Both the position numbers and the translations under genes were made by a program. Shown piece after piece: positions 24,351 through 37,040 of a stretch of DNA of 43,842 nt. Each line of letters starts with the position of its first letter. The stretch's first letter is position 1. The stretch comes from Octopus sinensis (lineage: Eukaryota), in the NCBI RefSeq assembly GCF_006345805.1, contig NW_021834965.1, positions 1-43,842 of the forward strand. The letters are read 5' to 3'. Below the pieces are notes generated by a model that worked only from the letters and a program-made list of their open reading frames with translations, had not been told where the DNA came from and searched no databases.

Positions 24351-24447
24351 TACTACCACCACCACCACCACCACCACCATAAAATGTGTACTAGTTGAAC
24401 ATTGGGGTCGAAAGTATTGGCCTTGTGCCAAAATTCTGAAACCATTA

Positions 24448-24630
24448 AAGGCGGTGAGCTAGCACAATCGTTAACACGCTGGATGAAATGCTTAGAGGTA
24501 TTTCGTCCGGTATTTCTGAGTTCAAATTCCACTGAGCTCGAGTTTGCCTTTTATCCTTTCGGGGTCGATAAATTAAATACCAGTGAAAGATTGGGGTTGA
24601 TGTAATCCGCTCCCCTAATATTTTAGGCCT
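24448..24630 (+). mobile_element. Family-A SINE (tail-1 type), diverged
   Basis: AAGGCGGTGAGCTAGCACAATCG head, GAGTTCAAATTCC, CCTTTCGGGGTCGATAAATTAAATACCAG centre. Confidence 0.85.
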
Positions 24631-24772
24631 TGTACCTTCAGTAGGAAGGATAATCATTATTATTATTATTATTATTATTAGAATTATTATTATTGTTGTT
24701 GTTGTTGTTATTGTTGTTTTTGTTGTTGTTGTTGTTGGTGGTGTTGGTGTTGTTGGTGGTGGCAAGGTGGCA

Positions 24773-25010
24773 AGGCGGCAAGCTTGCAGAGTCTTTGCCA
24801 CATCGGACAAAGTTTTTACCCGCATCGCTTCTGGCTTTGTATATTCTAATTTTAAAATCCACAGAGGTCAATTTTGCCTTTCATATTTTTTGGATCGATA
24901 AATAAAAGTACCAGTTGAACACTGGGGGGTGGGGGTTGGGGGTCGACATAATCGACCATCCACTCTTCCCCAAAAGAATTTGTTGGCCTTGTCCTAAAAT
25001 TTGAAACAGT
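24773..25010 (+). mobile_element. Diverged family-A SINE
   Basis: AGGCGGCAAGCTTGCAGAGTC head, GCCTTTCAT...GATCGATAAATAAAAGTACCAG centre, GGCCTTGTCCTAAAATTTGAAAC tail. Confidence 0.75.
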
Positions 25011-25554
25011 TAGCATTATCATTACCGAGGTACAAACAAAATAAAAACGTTAATATCTATTTCCGCATTGCTTGAAAAACCGAAGTTAAATAAACGGTCA
25101 GACTGAACAGCCTCGAAAGTACTTTTTAGTGCAGTTTCATCTCCGAATTAATCAAAATTAGGAATGTTAGAATTATCGTAATATTGGAATATACATCAGT
25201 AAATATAGGATGTATGGGATTATAAGATAGAAAATAATGGAATTAGATGTGATGGAGTGGTATATCAAGTACAATATTTGTGAGGGATTTAAACGTTTTC
25301 AACTAAAAAAGACATAAATCTTATTTTAAATAGAATCACGTTCTTAAACTGTTCTAGGCTTTCAACGTAGATGTGATTTAAATGCGAAGCATAATTTGTT
25401 TTATTGAGAATAGAAATTTTATATTGTATTAAAGCGAGTTAGGAAAATTGCCTTGTTGTCGCGGCAGATGAAATGGGCAGGCGACGGGGAGCTAAGAGAA
25501 CCGTTCTACCTCACACAACGCATTTGCACCGATGTTAATATTTATTTAAATCTG

Positions 25555-26395
25555 AGGCGGCGAGCTCGCAGAAACGTTAGCACGCCGGACGAAATGCCTT
25601 GTGGTATTTCGTCCGCCGCTGCGTTCTGGGTTCAAATTCCGCCGAGGTCGACTTTGCCTTTCATCCTTTCGGGGTCGATTAAATAAGTACCAGTTACGCA
25701 CTGGGGTCGATATAATCGACTTAATCCGTTTGTCTGTCCACTTTTGTCCCCTCTGTGTTTAGCCGCCCTCTGTGTTTAGCCCCTTGTGGGTAGTAAAGAA
25801 ATGGGTATTTCGTCTGTCGCTACGTTCTGAGTTCAAATTCCGCCGAGGTCGACTTTGCCTTTCATCTTTTCGGGGTCGATAAATTACATACCAGTTACGC
25901 ACTGGGATCGATGTAATCGACTTAATCCCTTTGTCTGTCCTTGTTTGTCCCCTCTATGTTTAGCCCCTTGAGGGCAATAAAGAAATAAGAAACGTTAGCA
26001 CGCCGGGCGAAATGCTTAGAGGCTTTTCGTCCGCCTTTGCGTTCTGAGTTCAAATTCCACCGAGATCGATTTTGATTTTTTTGCCATTGTCTAGGTCGAT
26101 AAAATAAGTACCAGTTGCGTACTGGGGTTGATGTAATATACATAACCCCACCCCTACCCGGAAATACTGAACTCGGGCCATAATTTGAAACCAATGCACA
26201 GATGTTAATATCTATCCAAATCTAAGGTAGCAGAATCGTTAGCGCGCCGGACAAAATGTTTAGCGGTATTTCGTCCGTCTTTACGTTCTGAGTCCAATTT
26301 CTACACATGTTGAATTTACCATTCATTCATTTTCTGGGTCGATAAATTATATCACAGTTGAGCACTGGCATCGATGTAATCGACTTAACTCCTAT
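25555..26395 (+). mobile_element. Array of four family-A SINE units (three nested plus one adjacent)
   Basis: Units 25555-25803 (tail-2), 25804-25987 (starts GGTATT, tail-2), 25988-26194 (starts AGAAACGTT, tail-1) and 26225-26395 (older copy). Confidence 0.92.
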
Positions 26396-26455
26396 CCAGT
26401 ATTATTGTTATTGCTGCTGCTGCTGCTGCCGCCGCTGTTGTTGTTGTTGTTGTTG

Positions 26456-26540
26456 AGGCGGCGAGCTTGCAGAGTCTTTACCACATCGGACAAAGTGCTT
26501 AGAGGCATTTCTTCTGGCTATGTATATTCTCATTTTAAAA
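26456..26540 (+). mobile_element. Family-A SINE head fragment, closely matching 24773-24857
   Basis: Shares GCTTGCAGAGTCTTT(A/G)CCACATCGGACAAAGT and CTTCTGGCT(A/T)TGTATATTCT(C/A)ATTTTAAAA. Confidence 0.75.
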
Positions 26541-27280
26541 GTATGAAATCGATATCTAATTGAGTTTCAATAACGAGGTGGTTCCGGGAAACAGAGGTCC
26601 AGGGCTGTCCTATTGCTGCAGGTTCGGAGAAAACTTTAACACAGTGTAGTTGGTGGGTTGTCAACTTGCGATTCCGCTCCTGTCAAGTGAACAAATCTGA
26701 ACCCGAGATCGATTCTGTTGGGGAGCTCCTGGTGAAATATCAGCACAGATTAGCAACTCGCTGTCACGAAACTATAAGATAAATGCCGTGCGATCTCCTG
26801 TTGTCATTCGATCTAACACCGCTCGTTTCAGTTGCTATTCACACACATATTACCAATAAACTTACAAACGTTAGAGGTTAGTGTAAACTGGATACAGGAA
26901 TTTGCATATTCAACAGTGTGTTCGCAGTGAGATCGCACACGTATTGTTCAAATGAATTGCTTACAATCGCCATAACACACAGCACTGGATAACAAAAGAT
27001 AAAATCAAAGGATGAAATATGTTCAATAGTATATTATTGCAAAAATATTTCAAACATTTAATACATTGGTAATTTAATGTTTATCGCACTGCCACGAAAG
27101 CGAAATATGGTTATTGGTCTAGACGGTTTACTTTAACCTCTAAAGTTAATGTATTTTGTATGCAATGGTTTTGTCGAGAGGTAAATGTGACACGTAGTTG
27201 GTCACAAAGACGACAAAGGAAAAGTCGAAACGTGCGTACAGTTCTTGATTTTTCTAGTCCGTACCCGTAAAATATATGAC

Positions 27281-27701
27281 TTTTTTTTTACTACCTACAA
27301 GGGGCTAAACACAGAAGGGATAAACAAGGAGTGACAAACGGAGTAAGTCTATTACATCGACCCCAGTGCATAATTGGTACTTAATTTATTGACCCCGAAA
27401 GGATGAAACGCAAAGTCGACCTCAGCGGAATTCGAACTCAGGATGCAAAGACAGACGATATACCTATTTCTATTTCTTTACTACTCACAAGGGGCTAAAC
27501 ACAGAGTGAACAAACAAGGACAGACACGCAGATTAAGTCGATTACATCGACCTCAGCACGTAACTGGTACGTATTTAATCGACCCCGAAAGGTTGAAAGG
27601 CAAAGTCAACCTCGGCGTAATTTCAACTTAGAACGTAGCGGCAGACGAAATACGCCTACGCATTTCGCCCGGCGTGCTAACGTTTCTGCCAGATCACCGC
27701 C
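27281..27701 (-). mobile_element. Nested family-A SINE pair (both tail-2)
   Basis: The inner tail ...GTAGTAAAGAAATAGAAATA joins GGTATATCGTC of the outer copy at 27464/27465. Confidence 0.92.
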
Positions 27702-28279
27702 ACACACACACACACATACATCTATCTATCTATCTATCTATCTTCTATCTATATCTATCTAATCTATCTATCCTATCTATCTATCTATCTATCTATCTAT
27801 TATATATATATATATATATATATTAGCGCCAATATATATTGGCGCAAAACAAAACCAGTTGCACAGTCAGAGTTTAACGTGACGTTTATGGATTATGACC
27901 CGGTAGGCCACAGTGACGAGGCTCAGGGTTTAAATACTCAGAAGCCGACTCCTGGTATGTGGATATCCTTAATTGCTGTTAAGTACTGTTAAATGTTTTA
28001 ATCCTTTCTGTTATCCTCGCATACTGTTTTCCTCTGTTATCTTGGTGCGGTACGGTGGACAAATTTAAGACTTTGGCTCTTATTTCTAGCAGGTGGATGC
28101 TTGTTTAAGCATCCTAACACTTCGTACAAATTTATAATTCATAGCTATTTAATGCTATGGCGCCTGCGATCCACCTATGCTACTGCTGGTGATATCATCA
28201 ATTTAAAAATTTATCCACAGATGATATGACCAGTAGTGACATCGGATTTCAAATCTAAGTGTTTGAATGTTTTGTTTTT

Positions 28280-28299
28280 ATATATATATATATAGAGAG

Positions 28300-28367
<68 letters not shown>

Positions 28368-28377
28368 GTAGATAGAG

Positions 28378-28409
<32 letters not shown>

Positions 28410-28419
28410 GTAGATAGAC

Positions 28420-28471
<52 letters not shown>

Positions 28472-28486
28472 GTAGATAGATAGATG

Positions 28487-28552
<66 letters not shown>

Positions 28553-28575
28553 TAGATATAGATATATAGATAGAT
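28280..28575. repeat. (GATA)n microsatellite
   Basis: Direct reading. Confidence 0.95.
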
Positions 28576-28887
28576 AAAACTTACTTGGAAAAGGATGCGT
28601 GGCGTTCGATCATATAATAATATAAATAATATATAAATATATGTATATATACATATATATATGTACATACCTACATATATATGTATATATACATGCATAT
28701 ATGGGTACAGGACATAAAAAAAAACGTTGAACATCATGAGAAACGAAAACATAAAAACAAAAACATAGAGAACGAACTTTTTTTCGAACAATGAAGAAAA
28801 CAAACAGAGAAACGAAACATGCAACATAAAGAACATTCCCCTTCTTCAGTTGTCCCTGCTTCAACTACTCCACGTTTGGAAGGCAAG

Positions 28888-28965
28888 GAGTAATCCTGCG
28901 ACGGACTGGCGTCCTATCCAGGTGAAAAATATATATTCACTACAGAATCCGAGAAACCTATCCAT
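28888..28965 (+). mobile_element. SINE central-domain fragment (Meta/V-SINE-like)
   Basis: GGAGTAATCCTGCGACGGACTGGCGTCCTATCCAGG...CTACAGAATCCG resembles the remembered CCTGCGATGGACTGGC.TCC..TCCAGG domain and the copy inside 34270-34569. Confidence 0.55.
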
Positions 28966-29609
28966 GGTCCAAGAAGTGCCTTTGATCTTTTGTGTGTGTG
29001 TGTGTGGTGTGTGTGTGTGTATGTGTGTGTGTGTGTGTAATTTTAGAGAGAGAGATAGGGAGAGGGGTTACTGTAGTGTCATAATGGGAAAAATCCTCAA
29101 AGTGTGGAATATCATTTATTAAAATGTAATTTTGAATGAGATGATACTCAGAGTTTCAGGTTTCGAATCCTCATGTTACAGTTTATTGGAACCTACGGAA
29201 TTACTTATATGCACACACCCAGGAGATTGGCTGCTCTAGAAACAGGTGACATTTGGAGGATATGGGTAGAGGGAATATCATTGTGGGAATGGAATGGAAA
29301 GTGAGGGAGAGCAAAGATGGAATTAGGGAGGTGCGGAGTGGAAGGTTGATCTGAAGTAAAATCATGAACGGGGTTATTTGTAAGACGCAACACTTAGCAG
29401 AGAGGAAGAAGCATATTAGAAAGAAGAAAAAGGAAATGGAAGAAGAAGAAGGTGGAGGGAGATGAGCAAGAAGGTGAGGAAAAGAGGAAGAGAATAATGG
29501 AAGAGGTGGGGGAGGTGATGGTGAAAAAAGATGATGAGGATGAGTATGAGGAGAAGAATAAGAATGAGCTGAAGGTGAATAAAAGAATGAAGTCGAAGTA
29601 GAAATTGCG

Positions 29610-29669
<60 letters not shown>

Positions 29670-29764
29670 GGTAATTCAGAAATGGAAAAGCAGGGGACAA
29701 CCGCGGAATAATGTTGATAAAGTGATGAATGGAAAATAGAACTCCAGAAAAACCTAAATTGCGC

Positions 29765-29827
<63 letters not shown>

Positions 29828-29935
29828 TACATACATACACGTATACATAATATATGTATATATGTATATATGTGTGTATGTATGACTGCATGATAGTATG
29901 TATGTATGTATGTATGTATGTATGTATGTATGTGG

Positions 29936-29973
<38 letters not shown>

Positions 29974-30261
29974 GTGTGGGTGTGTGTGTGAAATAAATTG
30001 AGTTTATAATCTCGTATAAATAATAATATAAAGAACTGTCAAAGCAAATACGCATACACACTTTCACAGTCACATACTGCCACACATGCATACACACACG
30101 CGAGGTTTCTTTAACACATAATTGCATATATGTATGCATATATATGTGAGTTTTATAGATGCATGTACAAAATATGTATACGTATGTATGTAAGTAAGTG
30201 TGTATGTATGTAAATGTATTGTATGTATGTATATGTTTGTGCACTTATGTATATATGTATA

Positions 30262-30323
<62 letters not shown>

Positions 30324-30337
30324 GGCATACACGTATA

Positions 30338-30375
<38 letters not shown>

Positions 30376-30987
30376 TACATATAGACGTATATATACATAA
30401 ATAAGTTAATATGTATACATGTTTACATATATGCATATATCATTATCTATCCATCTATCCATCTCTCTCTCTCTATCTATCTCTCCCTCACTATATATAT
30501 CTATCATGTGTGTGTGTATTTGTACCTGTGCTCATACAGAGATTGTGAAACTGATATATGTATGTGTGTATACACATATATACGAATGCATGCACATATA
30601 TATGAAGATATACGGACGTACACAAATGTATATGCGTATATACACATGCATATATACACATAGGCATATATACGTAAACCTACAATCATACATTTATATA
30701 TATACACACACACACGCACATGCACACACACACACACACCATATATATACAAACATACATCCATTAGTAGAAATATACGTGCCCATATACATATATACAT
30801 ACAATCATGCATGGATACATAAATACATACATGCATACACACATGTATGCGTACATATATCCATACATACATATATACATATGCGCATACATACAAACTT
30901 ACATCCATACACTCATCTCTCCATCCATCCATCCATCCATCCATCCATCCATCCATCCATCCATCTATACATACATACATACATACA

Positions 30988-31021
<34 letters not shown>

Positions 31022-31030
31022 GATACATAT
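29765..31030. repeat. Long compound microsatellite (TA, TATG, CA, TCCA, TACA)
   Basis: Direct reading; source of the 217-aa and 174-aa pseudo-ORFs. Confidence 0.93.
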
Positions 31031-31602
31031 ATACACGGTGATGGAGAGATAATTAGAGTAATTCACAAATAATGGAGAAGGGAAATAAAGCGATAGTAAA
31101 GATCAATTCGCCACAGCTCTCCAAGTCGTATCACTCCCAATTTATAACGGCCATCACCGATGTCACTATCGTCAGCGCCACCTAGATATACAACTTAAAC
31201 ATCTCAGTTATCCACCCTGCAACCTATTTACTCTAAATATTAGATGTCTAAGACGATGACAAATTGCCCCATCTATGGTAAGAAATCAAATACATCGGTA
31301 AAATGAATCGTTACTCATGGACACCCCTATATTACTAACGCACACCTACACACAAAATCCCGCTTTTAAAAATACACATATATATATACGCGCGTAAACC
31401 CGCATACCTGTGTTTGCATGCATGTGTATAGCTCTGTGATTGTGTGTGTGTGTGTGTCTGTGTGTGTGTGAGAGAGAGAGAGTGTGTGTTTTATAATGAC
31501 ATAGAGACATAAAAGATATATACACACACTGAACCATATACAAATATGCATGTTTATACATGCGAATGTGTGTGAGCGTGACAGAGTCTATCACTCACTC
31601 TT

Positions 31603-31647
<45 letters not shown>

Positions 31648-31772
31648 TCTATCTATCTATCTATCTATCTATCTATATATATATATATATATGTATATAT
31701 AAATATGTGTGTGTATGTGCAAGCACATTTCGATGTATACGCATGTGTACATATTTACACACAAACACATTC

Positions 31773-31807
<35 letters not shown>

Positions 31808-32319
31808 TAAAAATGCAGGTATGTATATGCATGCTTTTCTATGTGTGAGCATACCTGTATGATAATCACAAGAGTAGAAAATAGCTGTTTGTGTTTTATC
31901 TATACAGGTACTTAGCAATACATATGAAACACATATACATATATCTATACGCACATGCAAACACACACATATATAACTGGATATACACATGCGTGCATGT
32001 GTACATATATATATATATATATATTACTGTTTGTAATGAAAAATGTAAATGTACTCAACACATATTATAGAGTATAATTATGTGTCTTAATTATGTATAT
32101 GATCATGACAGTCGATGTTTTTTTCATGTTCCTCGAACGTCCTATCAATCAGAACACTGTGTTAATTATTACGGCGCAACATATTGATAATGGCCAAAAC
32201 CTGATTATTCCACACCCACCTGTTCGGCCTGGCTGATTGATGGAACAATTCTGAAACTTGAAGGCACGAGAAATTGCACCATCCAAAAATAGTAAGGTAA
32301 TAGACAAACACACACACAC

Positions 32320-32328
32320 AAACATGTG

Positions 32329-32424
<96 letters not shown>

Positions 32425-32706
32425 GTATATATATATGTAAATATATGCGCGGAAGCGCAAATATATGATATATGATATATGATTTATAAAAACATGTAAC
32501 ATACTAATAAATATTTGTAAATATAAAACCATCCAGATTTCTGAGTACCTCATTTCTTCAATATAGTACCAGTACATTATCTCCAACCCTAATATATGAG
32601 TGTATATATATATATATCTTACTATATATTATATATATTGTGTATATATATATATATCTATAATTTATATAAATATCTTACATATATATTATTAGTAAAT
32701 ATATCG

Positions 32707-32752
<46 letters not shown>

Positions 32753-32765
32753 ATATATATATACG
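32320..32765. repeat. (TA)n-rich tract
   Basis: Direct reading. Confidence 0.9.
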
Positions 32766-33321
32766 TGCATTGCGCATATGTCAATGGGTTCTTTGTTTTT
32801 GTTCTTTAAATATTTATGCGCATGGTGTTCGTAATGACTTGTGTGAATGTGAAATATATCTGCAAATGAGATGGGGTTAATCAAGGCTTAAAACTCTTTG
32901 ATTCGATCAAATCCGATTGGATTAAGCCGACCGGGGTATACACAACAACACCGAAGGACACATTGGATAATATCGCCTCCTATTGGATATTTCTGAAAAT
33001 AATGATGACGGCGATTAGTAATGCCTGTGACTGCTTTGATCGTTGATTTGTTTGAGGGGGGCTAATCTGCAGCAAAAACAACAGCAGCCACACCACCAAC
33101 GACAAATCGCCTACGGTTGTAACTAATCAATCATATGCGATATGGATGTAATTGTAATATCTCCCTGTCATATGGCTGCAAAGTAAAAACTAATTTCTCT
33201 TGTGCTCTGTAACACACATTGCTGTTCTGTCACTTGTTTCCCTGCACTACACTGAACTCCAAAATATTTATGCGCAGTTTAAAGATATGGGTAACAATCA
33301 AAGTTATACACAACAAACTAG

Positions 33322-33344
33322 TAATAATAATAATAATGATAATA

Positions 33345-33406
<62 letters not shown>

Positions 33407-34255
33407 GCCCTGATGCAGTACCAGGCAGTGGCTCTCATGGCTCCTGATCTTAACTGATTGGAAGTGTTATCATGTTCATTGTTTTGTCTTGGTATAAAAT
33501 ATAGGCTACAGCAAATATTCTGCTCAATACCACAGATTTGCTTGTCAGTTGTTTGACCTTAACAAGTTTACCATGTCCCTTAGTTGCTGACGATATGTGC
33601 ATCTCTGATCATGAGCAGAAGTAGTGGGGGAACATCACAGCCATGCGTTGAGAGGGATTATTTGGGGTTTGGATAATTCGCCTTTGAAAACATGAGCTGT
33701 TCGTTCAACATCCTTAAACAACCATTATTCAAGGACGTTTTGAAGAGCTACTCAACCAGAAGAAAATTATAACTGGGCGCCACCTGCAAGGTCATGCTCT
33801 GTTTATCTTGATATGAGATCACCATGTCACGCACATATGGTTGTGATACATGTGCCTGATGTATCCTTATCAGACAGGTAGTCATGATGGGTATACCGGG
33901 CTTCGTATACTTTACCCCAGTGAAAAAATGTTTCCGTGAATCATGCGTACTGTGATGTTTCTTTTTTCTTTTTTTTTTTGATTTTGTAACCATGTCCACG
34001 AGTGTTTGACATATGGAATTCAAAAAGGTGCCCAAGGTTGTTGTTGGAAAGATGGTGGATAATCTAGTGGGTGTCTTCCACTCAGTTACCAGATGTCAGA
34101 CCTTTTATGTGTTTATGCCCAGGGAAGCAAGACGCTCAGAGCATGGTAGGTGCTTGACGGCTGGTATTCGTCTGGTTGTAGATTTCTGAGCAGTTTCCAG
34201 GAGATTGACATGACGAGCAAGGTAGTGGTGCGAGACAGATGATGTACTACACTGC
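33322..34255 (-). mobile_element. 3' end of a CR1-like LINE with 3' UTR and (ATT)n tail
   Basis: Minus strand reads HYLARHVNLLETAQKSTTRRIPAVKHLPCSERLASLG (about 34220-34110), matching LE.VQRRAT..IP.L..L.Y.ERL..L. It then reads HLFEFHMSNTRGHGYKIKK and SRKHFFT. The UTR ends in the TAA run at 33322-33404. Confidence 0.8.
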
Positions 34256-34269
34256 ATTATTAGTGTATC

Positions 34270-34569
34270 TTCTTAATCCTTTTGGCCCCTTGTGGAGCAT
34301 AGGGTGGGTTTCCCTGTTTCCTTGATGTATAGGTTCCCCACCTGGACGGGACACCGGTCCGTCGCAGGTGGGCTGCAAGATGCAGGACGAAAGAGAGAAA
34401 GAAAAATGTGGCTAAAGAGTCAGCAGAAGTTAGCCATTACCTTCTGCCAGAGCCGCGTGGAGCTTATGTGTTTCGCTCATAAACACACACATCACCCGGT
34501 CTGAGATTCGAACCCGCGATCCCTCGACCGCGAATCCACTTCTCTAACCACTAGGCCATGTGTATCCAC
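34270..34569 (-). mobile_element. tRNA-derived SINE, family D
   Basis: Minus strand: ATGGCCTAGTGGTTAG (A box), GGTTCGAATCTC (B box). The centre is shared with family E. Meta/V-like CCTGCGACGGACCGGTGTCCCGTCCAGG lies near the 3' end. Confidence 0.85.
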
Positions 34570-34629
34570 ACGTTATTAGTATATACTACCATATCATTCT
34601 CTGCATTGTTGCATAGTCTTCACTACAAT

Positions 34630-34750
34630 CAATGCAGTGCTTAGCGATTACGGGGCTTAGCGACATTTTTCCGGTTCTTTATGGTTTAAGTCGAATTTGC
34701 GCCGAGATTGCTTTGTCCTTCATGCTCTCGGGGTCGATGAATTAAGTTCC
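34630..34750 (+). mobile_element. Old family-A SINE fragment
   Basis: GCCGAGATTGCTTTGTCCTTCATGCTCTCGGGGTCGATGAATTAAGTTCC matches the family-A centre. Confidence 0.6.
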
Positions 34751-34779
34751 TCGTCGCCAACAGCGCCAACTCTACCATC

Positions 34780-35140
34780 ACCTTCAATACTATTACCAGT
34801 AACAAGAAACAACCACAACAATAACAACAACAGCGGCACGACTACAGCCAATAGTTAAAACAACAGCAACACTACCATCATAGATATAAACCGTTTCCAC
34901 CATCAATACCAACAACGATACCATCACCACCACCACCACCACCACCACCACCACTACCACCAGCACCAGCAACTCCACCACCACCACCACAACAACAACA
35001 ACAATACCACCACCACCACCACCAGCACCATCACCACCAGTACCAGCACCACCACCAGCACCATCACCACCAATACCAGCACCACCACCGCCGCCACCAC
35101 CTCCACCACCAACACCACCACCAGCACCAGCACCATCACC

Positions 35141-35173
<33 letters not shown>

Positions 35174-35538
35174 ACCACCACCACCACCCTCAACACCACC
35201 ACCACCATCACCACCTCCACCACCAACACCACCACCAGCACCAGCACCATCACCACCAGCACCACCACCACCAGCACCACCAGCACCAGCACCAGCACCA
35301 CCACTTCCACCAGCACCACCACCACCACTACCGCCACAACTACGTGTACAACGGTATTTATCCTAACCATCAGAGATATTCGACCGTCATGAATATTCCG
35401 AGTGTTTATAGTCTGGAGATGCAGTCGGAAATGAAACGGAAAGCGAAGATGGCGGTGGGGAGGAGGGAGGAGTGTGATGACGGATTCTGGGATAGAAACG
35501 ATGATTATAATGGTGGTGGTGGTGGTGGTGGCGGTGGC

Positions 35539-35575
<37 letters not shown>

Positions 35576-35733
35576 GTGATAGTATTGGTGATGATGGTGG
35601 TAGTAGTTGGTTATGATGGTTGGTGTTGGTGACGATGAAGAATAAGAGGAAGAAGAACGAGGGGAAGAGGAATAGTAACTACAACAAACTCGAAGGAAAA
35701 AGGATGAATAAGACGAAGAAAATGAAGAAGAAG

Positions 35734-35764
<31 letters not shown>

Positions 35765-35879
35765 GGAAGGAGAAGTGGAAGGAGAAGAAGGAAGAAGAAG
35801 AAGAAGAAGAAGTGGAAGGAGAATGAAAAGTTACCACTTCCACGACCACGACCACAATCACGACCATTACCACACGACG

Positions 35880-35942
<63 letters not shown>

Positions 35943-36068
35943 ATCAGTGTCACTAACCACATCGTCAACGACTCCGACAACACCACCAAAAATGTTACCG
36001 TCATTTTTCTCTGCGTGTCTTACACCCAACAGAAACAACAAAATCAACAACAACAACAACAACAATCA
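34780..36068. repeat. Mosaic trinucleotide tract (ACC, GAT, GAA, CTA, GCT, CAA)
   Basis: Direct reading. Confidence 0.92.
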
Positions 36069-36491
36069 CCAGGTAATTGTCAACTTACTTGACTAATGCT
36101 AATCCTACATGTCACATTCCGTGTATGTTCTGGAGCTGCAAGAAATAGCAACCAATTTCTCAACCCATATAAGCCTATAAAAACTGAAGTCATAAAATTT
36201 CACTTAATTTAGATTAAACGTTATGGTAAGCTATCACAATCTTTTTGACTTCTATTTCTAGCATATTGGTACATTTTTCAAGTACCCTTCATTATGATTA
36301 TATATATATATAGCTATACTCATATATCAATCGCAAATATTACGCAAATTTTCATTTCACTTCGAAATGCGTTGCAAGCATAGTTGGTACAGAAATAATT
36401 GTACCTGATTATTAAAGATGTTAAAGAATTTCTTTATTTTATTATTTGGATTATATATATGTAAGTATGTATGTATGTATATATATATATA

Positions 36492-36771
36492 TCACCGTGA
36501 CCGACCAGGCTATCAGATGTTGCAACAGATCGCTGGTCACAATGCGCTTCGCATTGTTTTAGCCTTCAAAAAGGCGAGCAGGCCAACAGAAGAAAGAGTG
36601 AGAGGAAGTTGTGGCGAAAGAGTATAGCAGTGATCACCACCACCCCTTGCCGGAGCCTTGTGGAGCTTTAGATGTTTTCGCTCAATAAACACTCACAACG
36701 CCCGGTCTGGGAATCGAAACCGCGATCCTACGACTGCGAGTCCGCTGCCTTAACCACTGGGCCATTGCGCC
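36492..36771 (-). mobile_element. tRNA-derived SINE, family E
   Basis: Minus strand: GGCGCAATGGCCCAGTGGTTAAGG (A box), GGTTTCGATTCCC (B box). Centre GTGAGTGTTTATTGAGCGAAAACATCTAAAGCTCCAC is shared with family D; the tail differs. Confidence 0.87.
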
Positions 36772-36991
36772 TATATATAAATATACATATACATATATAT
36801 AATCTATTTTGTTAATTCGTCGTTCAACTCCATTCTTTCATATATTTATATTTAAAAAAAAACATATAAATTTCCACACGAAAGCACGTAACTTCAAACG
36901 TGTCTTCTCTGATGTGAATTTGCTACCCAGGTATCGGTTAACCGAATTATCCATAATAAGATAATTCATTCAACTACTCAAATATTCATAT

Positions 36992-37040
<49 letters not shown>

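Noticed and set aside
25555-26395. CRISPR-like array
   Set aside because: The repeated units are nested SINEs without unique spacers, and the DNA is eukaryotic with no cas genes.
26762-26869. Possible solo LTR (TGTCACG...AATAAA...TTACA)
   Set aside because: No TSD, PBS, PPT or second LTR.
31172-31186. CTCF-like AGCGCCACCTAG
   Set aside because: It lacks the following TGG, and a single partial motif is not evidence of binding.
32885-32930. GGCTTAA...TTAAGCC-GA stem as a hammerhead stem II
   Set aside because: No CUGANGA core and no GAAA.
35763-36092. Poly-H/T/A/Q ORF resembling a transcription-factor low-complexity exon
   Set aside because: It is part of a larger mosaic of trinucleotide repeats with no folded domain; such tracts are common across this window.
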